A stretch of 64,000 bases of DNA from Camelus dromedarius. Lineage: Eukaryota. Below the pieces are notes generated by a model, which saw only the letters and a list, made by a program, of their open reading frames with translations, was not told the DNA's origin and searched no databases. Positions 38,138 to 50,975 of this stretch are shown here, one piece after another (within the stretch, counting starts at the first letter, position 1; each line of letters starts with the position of its first letter). The position numbers were made by a program, and so were the translations under genes. Where the stretch lies: the NCBI RefSeq assembly GCF_036321535.1, contig NC_087436.1, forward strand, positions 77,006,001 through 77,070,000, written 5' to 3'.

Positions 38138-41100
38138 CTGGGTTTTCTGCTGCTCCTCCTCCAGCCCAGTTTCTAAGTTGGTTTCACTTACGGCTGAACT
38201 TCTGTTTAGACTATAAGTGATGTCATGGAGAACTCTTTGTTCTTCCACCCAAACTCGGCAGACCTCTGTAAGCTTCCTTTAGGAAGGCTCTAGTGGATGA
38301 ACAGGGATAAGACAAAGTCTTCTGTAAGAACACACAGTTCTTCAAACGTTTGAATATGGTGCACTAGAAAATGATCTGTTTAATAGTTATAGACGACAGC
38401 AGGGGAGGCGGGGAGAGGATGCCAATAAGACACAGTTTAATCAGTATAGGTAACTGAATGAATGAAAACTTTAACAAAGATTTCTTTGCTTTCTTTGCTG
38501 GTATAGGCCAACTCTCAAAGGTCTTTTAACATTCCACTCTGGGGTAGAAGGAGTTGATGAGATTATTTCAATTTAGAGGCAACCAAAACCTGAAACTATC
38601 CTACTGGATTTATGTCTTGTTTTCAACTTGACTTTCCTCAAATAAATCACACTTCCTAATTTGTCTCTTATTAATCTACTGATATAGAAACTCAATTCTA
38701 AAACTAGTTTTTCTTTCTTACAATGAATGTTTTCCAAATTAAAGGAGAGAGGGGGAAAAAATCTTACAGTTACAAACACAAACGTGACAAAAAAAAAAAG
38801 ACAAAAGAAATGTTTATAGTATACTAGATACAGGAAGTTGCATCTTAAATTGCCTCTAAGGTACTATCCAAATTTAAGCTTTTAAAAGTACATAAAACTC
38901 ACTAGTTGTGAACATGTTGATTGGCCAGCTGCTACATTAATTACAATTTAAGTCACTTTTTGAAAATCTCACTGAAATGGAAAACCATGGTAATAGCCCT
39001 CATTGGAACTGCCTTAAGATATGCTAAAATATTTCAGTGATAAGCCACACATTCAAATAGTGAGGTGCTCATTCAGAAAGCTGGTGGGCTTGTCTTTGAG
39101 AGGCCTGATAAAGATGAATTTTCCCCATTTCTTGAGTGGGAGCAATGAGAACACTATTGTTATCAACAACAACAACAAATGAGCAGACTGCTGGATTCTA
39201 CAAAAGATGGTCTGTTTTGTCTTCAAAATACAGCAGGGGGCAAAGGAAAGGGCACTTTAATACAAATGACGCACATAATTTTTAGCAGAAGTTATGAGCA
39301 CTCATGTGATCCAATAAAAAATATGTCCCATCTACATAATAGTTTCATGCTTGCTCTGTGCTAATTGAACTATGTACTTTTGATGCATTCTCTGCTCATG
39401 TTAAAGGGTGGGCAACAAGTGACCGAAGTCAGCAGTCACGGCAATTGGACACACTGAAAATCTTTCTTCTTTGACTCTGAGTCAGTCTCCTCAGTGGATT
39501 ACTAAACACATTCCAGAAATCTCATAAGTTACTACTGGTCTAAAAATGGATATAATTAAAGATGAGTAAACCTACCGCAGAGCTTGATGTAATCTTTTAG
39601 GATAATTAACACAAACTATTTACAATGGACTTTTATTCCATTTTTCTAAAGATTGCAAATATGTTACTACAAGTTCATATACCTTACCATTACAAAAGCA
39701 CCCTCGCCCCAGCATATTCACGCAAAGCCAAGAGATATCTGCATTGTCACAGTTGCAGAGGAGGTAAATCAGTAACTATGGTTGTAACTTTGACCAGGCT
39801 AAGATCTGGGGATTGTTTGTGAATTTCATTACTTTAGGGATTTACCAGTACATATACCTTTGGGTTTGGGAGCACTGTGATTTGGGGGGATAACTTCTAA
39901 TACTTTTATTTTATGCCACCAAGTTGCTTTCCATGGTTAGAGGGTAGAGAAGACTCATTCCTAAAATTCTCCTTTTTTTTCAAGTCTGGTGGAGTGTTGT
40001 TAAATTCTAAAAAATAAAGCTCCTTTTCTTGCTCTCTAGTAGTTTTGTCTTAACTCAGACACTAACTTTCCATAGTAAGGCATTCTATTCTATGTGGACT
40101 TGCTAAAAGACCTACGAAATAAGAGAGGCCATTTCTGGATAATTAGCTGTATCTTTCCACTCATAATTGACCATTACTTCTTGCAGGCCAAGTACTGTGC
40201 TCAGTGCTTCATCTTATCTCTTTACCCCTCACAACCGCTGCATGTGAATGACTAATTTCCTCCTTTGCAGGTTGAGGGATTAAATCTTCCAGGATCACAA
40301 GGCAAAGCTGAGAATAATCAAATCAGGGTTTTTGTTTGTTTGTTTGTTTTTGTCTCTGTCTTCCAAGTTTTAGTGTACACAGTGTGTTCATCATTGAAAC
40401 TCTGTTACATATTTTATAATATAGTTCTCTATTGAGACAGCTTCTCTACTGAGACAGCTATGGGTTGGGGGCTCTAGGGTTTAGAAAAGAAGAGTAAATG
40501 GTCAGATGTGAATTTGGTTTTCTGAGCCTGCACATGGAGACTGTATGAATCCGTGTGCTGGTATGTAGGAGAGATGGGCCAAGTACTGAGAAGTAAACTG
40601 ACAAAATGAGTGGTTGGATAAGGATTACAGACATTGAATTGACATGTTTTAGTCACCCTATACATCTGGAGGTGCCATGATCTTTTAGGGTGTTGAATCC
40701 CTTTTAATTGTCCATTCTGACTTTTGATGAATAACACAATTTTTCTTTCCATAGTATCACCTAGAGTTATGTCTAAATGTGCTTTTATATCAGGGATTAA
40801 AATCATCTTTAATTTTTCTTTTTTACATCAAAGAACCAGAAAACAAATTGTAGAAATCAACTGTCACAAAACTCAGGACCTGAATCCTGTCTTTGAGATA
40901 ACTTTGTCTCATTATAATTTGACCTGATTGTAGCATAGGAGTAGTTGAGAATATTCTTTTTCTTAGCTGTCAAAATTCAGTTGATACATCACAGATCCCT
41001 AAAGCTATGTAGGGAACTCTTCCCTTAATTCCATCCGCTTCATTTCTAAGCATCTGTAATAGACACGGCTGGGTTCAGTGAGAGTTCTGCTTGCCATGAG

Positions 41101-41995
41101 CGTGAGATCATGCCCTAAGTAATTACAGTGAGCGTGCAATGAAAATATGTGGTGAGTATAATGTCAGGAAATCATGCAAATTTTATTATCGTCAGTGAAG
41201 TGGTGGCTGGTGGAGAACTTGTCAGTATTTGCAACTTGAAGCTTCTAATTACCTTGATTTACTTGTAGTTCCATTCATAAGCTTGCTGCTGTGCTGTTCC
41301 TGACAGCACTTCTGCATTTTACAAGAAAGGAATAATGCCACGTAAATAATTTAAAAACAATAAATCATTTAGAGTGGCTTTAAACCAAAACCTAATGCAG
41401 TAGCTGGCTGAGTACTTGCTACACTTGACAGGTAGCTGGCATGCAGAAGTCATCTATGCATCATAAGTATTTACTTTAAAAATTCCCCAATCCAAGTCAG
41501 GCAGATTGAAGAAGAAATATGACCCAAGCCTCCTCCATCCTGAAGAGTCCATTTTTCCTTTTTGAGGCAAAATAAGAAAGAGAGAAATTAAGTTTTATAC
41601 AGGATCATTCTACTTCAAACACAGATTTGCTGAGTTATGCTAGGTAAATGCCTAATTAAGGCTGAGTCTCCAAGCAGAGCTGGCTGAGTTTTGGACTACA
41701 GAAGCATGCCTGCGGCGGGCCCCACATCCCTCCCCCACTCCACCCCACCCCCGCTGGAGGGGGCAGACTAGCAAGGTTGGGGAGCAGGAGGAGAGAACAA
41801 GCTGATACAAACCCAGTTCCCACCTACTCTCCCAGGAGGACTCTGCTCTTCCACTCTGGTCATTTCTATTCACACAAGACAAAGCAGATAATGAAAAGCA
41901 AAAACCCATGGAGAAAAGCTTCAACTTAAGGAAAAAGGTAGGACTACTTCCATTATGCCAGAGGGGGAGCTGGGTCTGCCAGCTGCCTTTGGACA

Positions 41996-42180
41996 ATTGA
42001 GTTCCTACTGGGTGCCAAGCACATCATTATCTCTTTTAATCCTCACAACAATTCTCTGAGGTAGGTATGATTATCCCCTTTTATAGATAAGGACAAAACC
42101 TGAGTTAGATTAAGTAATTTGCCTGAGCTCACCAGCTAGGAAGTGACTATCGGAATTAAGTCTGAAATCTGTCTGACTCA
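41996..42180 (-). mobile_element. MIR SINE
   Basis: tttaatcctcacaacaattctctgaggtaggtatgattatcccctttta...aagtaatttgcctgagctcaccagcta. Confidence 0.85.
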
Positions 42181-43289
42181 GGCAGCCCTCTCTCTCCATC
42201 CCGTTTTGTACCCACTAACCCCTCCCCACAAGCTCAATTTCTTTAACTCCATCTCTACTTTCTGACATATTTGTGAGGCTGTCCTGTGAACGTTCAGAGT
42301 GGTGGAGTCCCTGGGGGGAGAGGCATCCTCAGTTACCTCTCCAGAAGGGGTCCCTGAGCATACTTTGAGAGCACCCCACAATAGGGCAACAGGGCACACA
42401 CACAGCTTGCTTGAGACAGACGCCAACTCTGTTTTCCCTCTTTACATTACTCCTGCCTGCCCCCCAAAGTTATTCTCCCCAAGTTCCCAGCTACCTTGTC
42501 TCATTTGGTGTTTCTCTTTCAGGGCAGACCTCACCAGCCTCACCAGACCTGTTAAAATGCCAAAGTGGTCTTTTTCTCCTAAAATACCAATATTCAAATA
42601 TTTATTTCTTTAAATTAATGGTTCTCAAATGTTAATCTGCCTAAGAACTACCTGGAGCACTTGCTAAAACACAGAGTTCCGTTTTGTGAATTAAAAACGT
42701 CTGATGGTTTGGCTCCTAATAGGCACTCAATGAATGTTAGTTCCTTTTTTAGGAACTAATTTATGAGCCTCATATTTTCCGGATTTATGTTTATCCTGGT
42801 GTTCCCCAGACTTTGGATAGCAGTTGCTATTAACCAGTAGCAGGTTTCTTGAGTTAACGCATTTAGAAGAAGGAGTATCAGGGCTGTTTTTACCCACTTA
42901 TTTGTTCTGCATGAAGAAGCAAAATATAACTCACCTGTGCCCTCTCATGCCTGCCTAGCGTGGACAAGAGACACTGTAGTGTAACATTTATGTAGTGTGT
43001 GTTTATGGAAAAAATCACATCTTTAGATGGTTACTATGTTTAAATGTATTTGAAATGTTTCAAGGGAAAGAGTGTTGTTCTTTAAGAGCTAAAAGCAAAT
43101 GGCAGAGTCCAGCTGATAAAATCTGCTAGAGGCTTCCTAAAGCTACTGAGAGGGAAATACATGTGCTAGAGGTTATAGGCACTGATCAGAAGGGGACTTG
43201 ACGGAGTTAGTTGTCAAAGAGTCTTGCCTTCTGTGGGGGAAAGATCATTAAGGAAGAAGGAACCCAGTGGGCTTTTATCAACTGCTCAG

Positions 43290-43445
43290 AGTAGTGATTC
43301 TTGAAGCGTGGTCCCTGGACTGGCAGCAACAGCATCACCTGAGAAACACAACATCCCTGGTCTCATCCCTGACCTACTGAAGTAGAAACCCTGGCAGGGG
43401 CTCAGAACTCTGTGTTCTAGCAAGCCCTCCAGGGGATTCGGATTG
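43290..43445 (+). mobile_element. MER5A DNA transposon
   Basis: gtggtccctggactggcagcaacagcatcacctgagaa...gacctactgaa...caagccctccaggggattc. Confidence 0.8.
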
Positions 43446-44498
43446 TAGGGAAAATGGAGTCAGTCAGGTCCCTCGCTAGATGCCCGGTGCCTAGTGACTC
43501 AGTGATACTATCCCTCATGCGCAGTACCAATGTGTTGTTACGCGGTGATGACTTGTCCTACGCAAGCGCACTGGTGAGCCCGTAGGTCGTAATGGGCTGG
43601 GTGCCGGCTTTGTTTGCCTTGCTGTGTAAGGTGGGCGGGGCTTCCTGCTGCCGCCATCGAAGCCTGTGTACTCCTCTCGCAGTGAAGACATGTCAGAGAC
43701 ACCTCCGACTCTGCAGGTGTTCTTCAGAGTGCCCGAATCTGTGAACCTGCCAGGCCTTGAGCGCCTGCAATACACTGATGAACAGGAAAGTTGTGAGAAC
43801 ACTGTCTTAGAACAATTTTCCTAAAGAAAGGGGCCTGGGTTGAGAATTACTGCTGTAGACACTTGAAGTTTAGAGCTTAAAATAACGTAAGAGAAAGTTA
43901 GTGATATTTCCTTAATGCACGATTTAAGTACTGGGTGATCACTGTTACCAGACAGCTGAGTTATCAGACCTCCTGTTGCAATTAGGAGACTGTCTAGATT
44001 GCAAGGCTGCTGCCATTGTTCCTAGTCTGACCCGTTAGCAGCCTTTACAGGCTACTGGGCACTTGCACAAGCAGACTTGTATACCCTTACACTGAGCTCT
44101 CTGCCCCTTTTGCTGCTATGTTCTGTGTGAGGAGAAAGTAGTAAGGCTCATGGAGGGAACTTGGTCTCAGAGGGAGGAAATATGCACTGGAGCACCTGCT
44201 TCACCACTAACAAACCCTACAATGAGGTCAAATAACTTAAGTGCTTTGCACCTGTTTCCTTGTCTGTACTATTCAATATGCTTCCTCTAGCTGTAAAATA
44301 AAAGCTTTACTCATAGCTTCTTTAGTTTCATGCAAAGTGGATATTTGTACATTTATGTATTAAGAGACAACACGGTCTGATGCATCACAGATCTCAATCC
44401 TTGAATTTTAGTCCTTTGGCTCTTTTATTTATTAAAGTTAACCTTTCAACATTGGATAAGACTGATGCTCTCAGGGAAATACAGAAATTGCGAGAATT

Positions 44499-44595
44499 GG
44501 GGTTGGAGGTGGGTATACTCAGTGGTAGCATGCGTGCTTAGCAAGCACGAGGTCCCAGGCTCAATCCCAAGTACCTCCTCCACAAACAAAAACAC
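44499..44595 (+). mobile_element. tRNA-derived SINE with degenerate 14-bp TSD
   Basis: ctcagtggtagcatgcgtgcttagcaagcacgaggtcccaggctcaatccc. Flanks AAATTGCGAGAATT and AAACTGCCAGAATT match at 12/14. Confidence 0.85.
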
Positions 44596-45578
44596 AAACT
44601 GCCAGAATTAAGTTTGCACCATGAACTGAGTATTAAAAATCAGTTGAAAGCAATCCACTTAGTTACCTGTAAAATCAAATTTTAATGAAAGGAATGGGGT
44701 TGGATATGAAAAATAAGAAGCTTCTCCAACTGCCTTTTTAAAAAAGCTACTATGAGATGTGCTTAAATTTGATTTTGCGATTCTTTTTTTTACTATGAAG
44801 GCAGCTTATAAACTAAGACTGAGAAGGGCTTGGGTGCAGCACATTCCTGCTCTCTCATAAATGATGCTCCAGATAGTATGTGATTCTGAGAGGTACCATA
44901 TGAAGCGTATCATGAAATTATTATGGTCCATTCATCACGGTTGGTTTCCACCTCTGGATTTGGAAACCAGAGGAGGATCAGATTCTAAATGGAGTACTTA
45001 GGAAGGAGACACATACGGCCGTATCTTTATTGCTCCTATACTCTATCCTTCTTACACCTTAACATTGTAAATGTTCTCTCTGCTGTAGCATAGAGTAACT
45101 CTTTTCCCGTCTCTCTCTTCCTGCCTTCCCTCTTGCCTTCTTACTCTAACATATCTTCAAGTTTTGTTATATCAGAAAATCTCGTTTGAGAGGTTCATAT
45201 AAACTTTTATTTTTGTTGAGGCACAGGTCAATTGGTAAGTGTCAATTGTCATTCACATGCTTTTAACCAATCTCAAAATACATGTATGTGTATGGATACA
45301 TACATGTGTGCAAGCACACACAATATTTGCAGCCTCAACAGCAAAACCATTCCCTTCTCTTTAACCAAAACAAGGTCTTGGAGGCAGTCACATGGTCCTG
45401 GACTAGAGGCTGAACCAGGAAGTACTGGACTGGAGGAAATGAGACGTCTCCTCCAGTTAAAGATGCACAGCACTTTCTACCTAGCATGAGAGATTGTTAT
45501 CAGGGAAGACAGAGATGTATTTGCTGCATTTCAACAAAACTCTTTTACATAATTGGCAGATGAGATTGTGAAAGGCTA

Positions 45579-45895
45579 TTTTTTTAGATTGAGGTTTAGT
45601 TGAATTACAATGTTGTGTTAATTTCTGATGTACAGCATAGCAGTTCAGTTATACTTATATATATTTCTTTTCGTATTCTTTTTCATTATAAGCTATTACA
45701 AGATATTGAATATAGTTTCCTGTGCTCTATAGTAGGACCTTGTTGTTTATCTATTTTACATATAGTAGTGTGTATCTGCAAATCATGAACTCCCAATTTA
45801 TCCCTCTCTCCTCCCTTTCCTCCTTGGCAACCATACATTTGTTTTCTATGTCTGTGAGTCTGTTTCTGTTTTGCAAACAAGTTCATTTGTGTCAC
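45579..45895 (-). mobile_element. L1 3' UTR fragment
   Basis: ttacaatgttgtgttaatttctgatgtacagcatag...gatattgaatatagtttcctgtgct...tctatgtctgtgagtctgtttctgttttg. Confidence 0.9.
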
Positions 45896-47649
45896 GTAAA
45901 AAGATACTGTGATTTAATAATCAGAGCCTGCATTCATCTCTCCTTTATGGGTCTATGTAGCTTATGAAGAATATTTTGCAGTTACAACAGCTTTTTAAAA
46001 TCACATATTGAAACATAATGAATTTAGACCCATAGCTTTGAATACCAGCATGTGAGTACCACAAAGGGTTGATCAAGTTAAAAAATTACAAAACAATCAC
46101 ATTGCTCTCAATTAAAATATTAATATTAGTGAGAGGAAAATTATTTGAATTATTGGTAAATAACAAAATTATTTAAAACATGAATTATATTTATCACATC
46201 CTTTTAAATTTCAATTCCATATATATTTACAACACATACATTATATATTATATATTTATTTTTCATGTTTCTAAGGGAAGGTCAACTGTGTAGAAGACAA
46301 TCTATAACAGAAAATTAGTAACAAAAAAGCCCCTAAGTCAGTGAATTAGAGTATTGGGTTCATCCATAAGGAAAGACAGGTATAGTCCTTTTAGGAAAAC
46401 AGACAAACCAAAAATAACAATCCAAAACCCCTACAAATCTTATTGAGGACTTATAAGAAGGTGATTGCTTTAATTCAGCAAGAGAGGTGCAAACTGTATA
46501 TCAAGACAATCCACAACTGTGAATTGTGAAGTATTTCAAATGCATATTAAGAGTTTGACAAGTAGAGTTACTTTGATGATATAATTTGTGTGGTACCTAT
46601 GAGACTTGGGGAATTATATGCTAAGAGCCTTTCACAATCCATTTTATGTCCACTGATGATCAGTCATACCTTCTTTTCTCTCTTCCATCACATCTGGATA
46701 TAAACAAGAATTTCGGGTGAGAGAAGTTTCAAGCTGGAAAAAAAAAAGGATGGATGGATCAATAGGTAGATGGATGTATAGGTAGATGGCTGAGAACTGT
46801 TTCAGCACCACCCCTTGCCAAAGTCTCCATACCTTTTAAAACCAGTCCTATTAGTAAAACATTATTTGAACCCAAATTCACACCTAAATTTTTATAAATT
46901 GCATAAAGTACTATTGTACCAATATGTAACTATCAGTAATATGTATTAAAACAGAGTAAAATATTTTTATATTAGTTAATAGCATATGGGACTTTTTTTA
47001 TATTATTAAGTTTTTTAATCTACCTTATCATCTCCCCCTATCTTTCACCATGTATGAGATGTAGTTCTAATCAGTAAATACTTTTTGAACGCCTACTATT
47101 TCCTAGGTACAATACTAAGATCTCTAGGTGATACGGAGATGAAATAGGCTTGTCATATCTCTTCTATTGTATGCCTAGTGCCTCTGAAAAAGATACACCC
47201 TTGACATAATATCAGCTGTTGAATTAATGTGGGAATATGGTTCAATGTGGGCTGTGGTTTGTTATCTGCTAGTCTTTCATACAGGGAGTACTGCCTTCCT
47301 GGATGTAAAGAAGGTAATAGAGTGAATGCTAAGATAGAAAAGTTGGAAAATTAAATACATAATATATGTAGCATATATATGCTTTATCAATAAATGTATA
47401 TGCTTTATATATAGCATATATGGTACATATAATATAGCATATATTATATATTTATCTTTTAAATTTAAAGCATTTCATTCATATTAATAGTAGACAGTAT
47501 TAATGCACACGTTTTAAGAGGGAATTGCACTGTATTTTTATTAACTCTCAGTTATAATTATAATAAATGTGAGTGTTACACATAAATTATTAGTTAAGAT
47601 TTTCAAATTAGTAGGCTAAGAACAGGAGTAGAATTCAAAGTCTATTCAA

Positions 47650-47850
47650 GAACTTACCACATGCCAAGCATTGTGCTAAATTTTTTGATACGCATTTTCT
47701 CATTTCATTCTTTAATGTAACTCATAAGCTAAATAGTTCTCACTTTCTGTTTACAAAGAAGAGAGCAGGCTTTGGAGAGATTTTGTGATTTACTCAATAT
47801 GGCATAGCCACAAAAGGGGAGATCCAAGATTAAAATTCAGATTATTCTGG
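47650..47850 (-). mobile_element. MIR SINE
   Basis: cttaccacatgccaagcattgtgctaa...ttctcatttcattcttt...ggagagattttgtgatttactcaa. Confidence 0.65.
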
Positions 47851-49263
47851 CTAATAGCTAAGGCTCTGGAGTCAAGTCTAGATGATTTTTCTGTCTCTTT
47901 ACTAATATGGATGCTCCAGTGTTTGCACTGAGATAAAAATCAACAGCATTTAAATACAGTTTATGGGGGCATGTTCGGATAAGTCACTTGCAAGTGAGCA
48001 TTCTTGTGGTTTGTTTTGTTATGAATCAATGATAACTTAGGCTATCAACTCTGCCAAATTTTAATATACATTCGATAACTGTTTTCATAACAGTTAAAGC
48101 TTGGTCTTAAAAAAATGTATGAGTGGGTAATAGTAAAAAATATGAAATATAACCAGCCCGAGTAGGAGACTAATTACTTAAACCTTCCCTGATTATACAT
48201 ATTTCGTTTATAGAAACACATAATAAAAAATGTCTCAGAATGGAGCTGAAGTTATATCACAGATTAATCTATTTGCTTCTGACGAAGGATTTTAACTTCA
48301 TCCTAAATGCAGCATCTTGCTCTCTGTGTCAGATAACTTCCAGATAAAACTCCTTAAAAGAGCTATTTTCTCAGAGAAACTGCATGGCCATCTTCCTTAT
48401 AATGCTCCTTGGTTCTGGAGGCTACATCCTGGGATCAGGAGGTTGCCCCTGAACTCAGTCTCCTCTTTGGTAACACACTAACCCATCCTCTGAGCTCCTT
48501 AATGAGTGCCTCAGAAACTTAAGTCTAATGAGACAGCCATATGTGGATGATAGATGGATTTTGGACAGAGACGGAGAGACATGTTGAAAGACTCGTGGTG
48601 TTCCCAGAATCAGCTGTATAATTCTTGACTAATTTTTATTGCTTTGCTATCAGTCTGTGCCAAATGCTGGCAGCTTTTTTATTCAATGTGTTATAAAGTG
48701 ATTGCAGGAGCAGTTTTCTAGGTAGAGGGGAAATTAGCCATAAGTGGCAGGTATTTATGTTTTGTGGTGTGGGAGGAATATATATCAAAATTTTAATTAG
48801 CCTTTTGTGGACAGATGTTCTATTGTCTTATTTATAATACTACAAACTTACTGCTATAGTGAGGTGACAGTGCTCTTCTGTACTTTTGATTGCTGTATAA
48901 AACTCCATTCTCAAGAAATTTGTCTTATTTCATTAAATCAAAAACTGCTGACCCTGCGACTGGTTAGATGACATAATCCTTTTAGAATAAATGGTAACAA
49001 CATTGTTAATTTTGCAGAAAGTTAACAGTGTTACTGTGGGGAAGTAAAGTGGTCAGAAGAAACAATTGTTCAAGCAATTTATATTAAAAAACAGAAAACA
49101 AAAAGAGAAGAAAAGTAATGTTTTATTAGCAATGATCATATATTAGTGAAAAGTAGATTTGACGAAAATGAAAAATCCATGTATAAATTCTCACATCTGG
49201 ACATAGTCCATTCAATGATTTCATTTAAGGCTAAAATGTGGTGAATTATTATTTAAAAAGCAT

Positions 49264-50975
49264 TAGTAAGAAGTAAAACTATCTCTATTTGCAATGACAT
49301 GATCTTGTATACAGAAAAACTAAGGAATCCACTAAAAAATTATTAGACCTAATGAACAAATTCAGTTGGGTTGTGTCATATAAGATAAACATATAAAAAT
49401 CTATATATTGTATGTACATATAAGAGTATATATTTCTATACTCTTGCAATGAACAATACAAAAACAAAAAACAATTTCACTAATTTAACAGCATCAAAAA
49501 TAATAAAATGCTTAGGAATAAATTTAACAAAAAGGTGTGAAATTCATACTCTGAAAACTACAAAATATTGTTGAAAGAAACTAATGATCTAAATAAATGG
49601 AAAGACATCCTGTGTTCATGGATTGAAAAACTTAATATTGTTAAGATGGCAATATTCCCCAAACTCATCCACAGATTCAACACAATCCCTATCAGAATCC
49701 CAGCTGGCTTTTTTGCAGAAACTGACATGCTGATCCTAAAATGCTTATAGAAATCCAAAGTACTCAAAATAGCCAAAGCAACTTTGAAAAAGAACAAACT
49801 TGGAGGACTTGAATTTTCCAATTTCAAAGCTTACTACTACAAAGGAACAATAATTAAGACAGATAGTATTGGCATGAAGATTGACATATAGATCTGTAGA
49901 AAAAACTCCAACATATCTATGGTCAATTGACTTTCAAAAAAGGTGCCAAGACCATTCAATGAGGAAAGAAGAGTCTTTTCAACAAATGTCTGTGGGACTA
50001 CTGGATATCCACCTTGAAAAGAAAAGTTGGACTACTACCTCATATTGCATATAAAAATTATCTTGAAGTGTAATAAAGACTTAAAACAGAAAATCTGTAA
50101 CTATAAAAGTCTTAAAAGAAAACATAGGGATAAATCTTCATGACCTTAGATTTAGCAGTGATTCCTTAGGTATGCTTATGAGCAACAAAAGAAAGTGATT
50201 AACTGGACTTTATCAAAACTTACATACAGCTTTTGTACTTGAAAGAACACTATCAAAAGAGTGAAGCCACTAGGATGGCTATCATAAAAAGTCAGATAAC
50301 AAGTGTTGATGAGGGTATGAAGAAATTGGAATCCTCATACAATGCTGGTGGAACTGTAAAATGGTGCAGCCATTTTGGAAACCAGCGTGGCAGTTCTTCA
50401 AAAAGTTAAGCATGGAGTTATTATATGACCCATGAATTCTACTTCCAGGTATATTATTCAAAAGAAATGAAAACATATATATACAAAGATATGTACACTT
50501 ATTTTCATAGCAGCATTATTCAAAGTAGCCAAAGGGTGGAATAACCCAAATGTCCAACCACTAATGAATGAATAAAATGTGGTATAACCACAAACTGGAA
50601 TATTATTCAGCCCAAAATAGGTATGACATACATGCTATAACATGGATGAACCACATGCTAAGAGAAAGAAGTCAATCACCAAATATCATCACTTTTGAGA
50701 TTCCATTTACATAAATTGTTCAGAATAGGCAAATCTACAGAGACAGAAATTAAATTAGTGGTTGCCTAGGACTGGTGGTGGGCGGTTGGCTGCATGGGGG
50801 TGATGACTAAAGGATACAGGATTTCTCTGGGAAGTGATAAAATGTTGTAAAAACTAATTCTGGTGATTTGTTGCATAGCTCTTTGAATTCACTAAAAACC
50901 ATTGAGGTGTACACTCTAAATTTGTAAATTGTCTGGTATGTAAATTATACTTCAATAAAGCTGTGACCAAAAAAA
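49264..50975 (+). mobile_element. Old L1 (L1MB-like), decayed ORF2 3' part and 3' UTR
   Basis: ORF2 remnant KWKDILCSWIEKLNIVKMAIFPKLIHRFNTIPIRIP, with stops and frameshifts. Ends in caataaagct. AAAAAGCAT on both flanks is a possible TSD. Confidence 0.92.

Noticed and set aside
48076..48096. 8-bp hairpin TAACTGTT-n5-AACAGTTA and other short duplications (about 9787-9816, 35182-35215)
   Set aside because: Expected by chance or local slippage in AT-rich DNA.
49558..50476. ORFs with L1 ORF2 similarity
   Set aside because: Decayed fragments of an old L1 with stops and frameshifts, not an active element or host gene.
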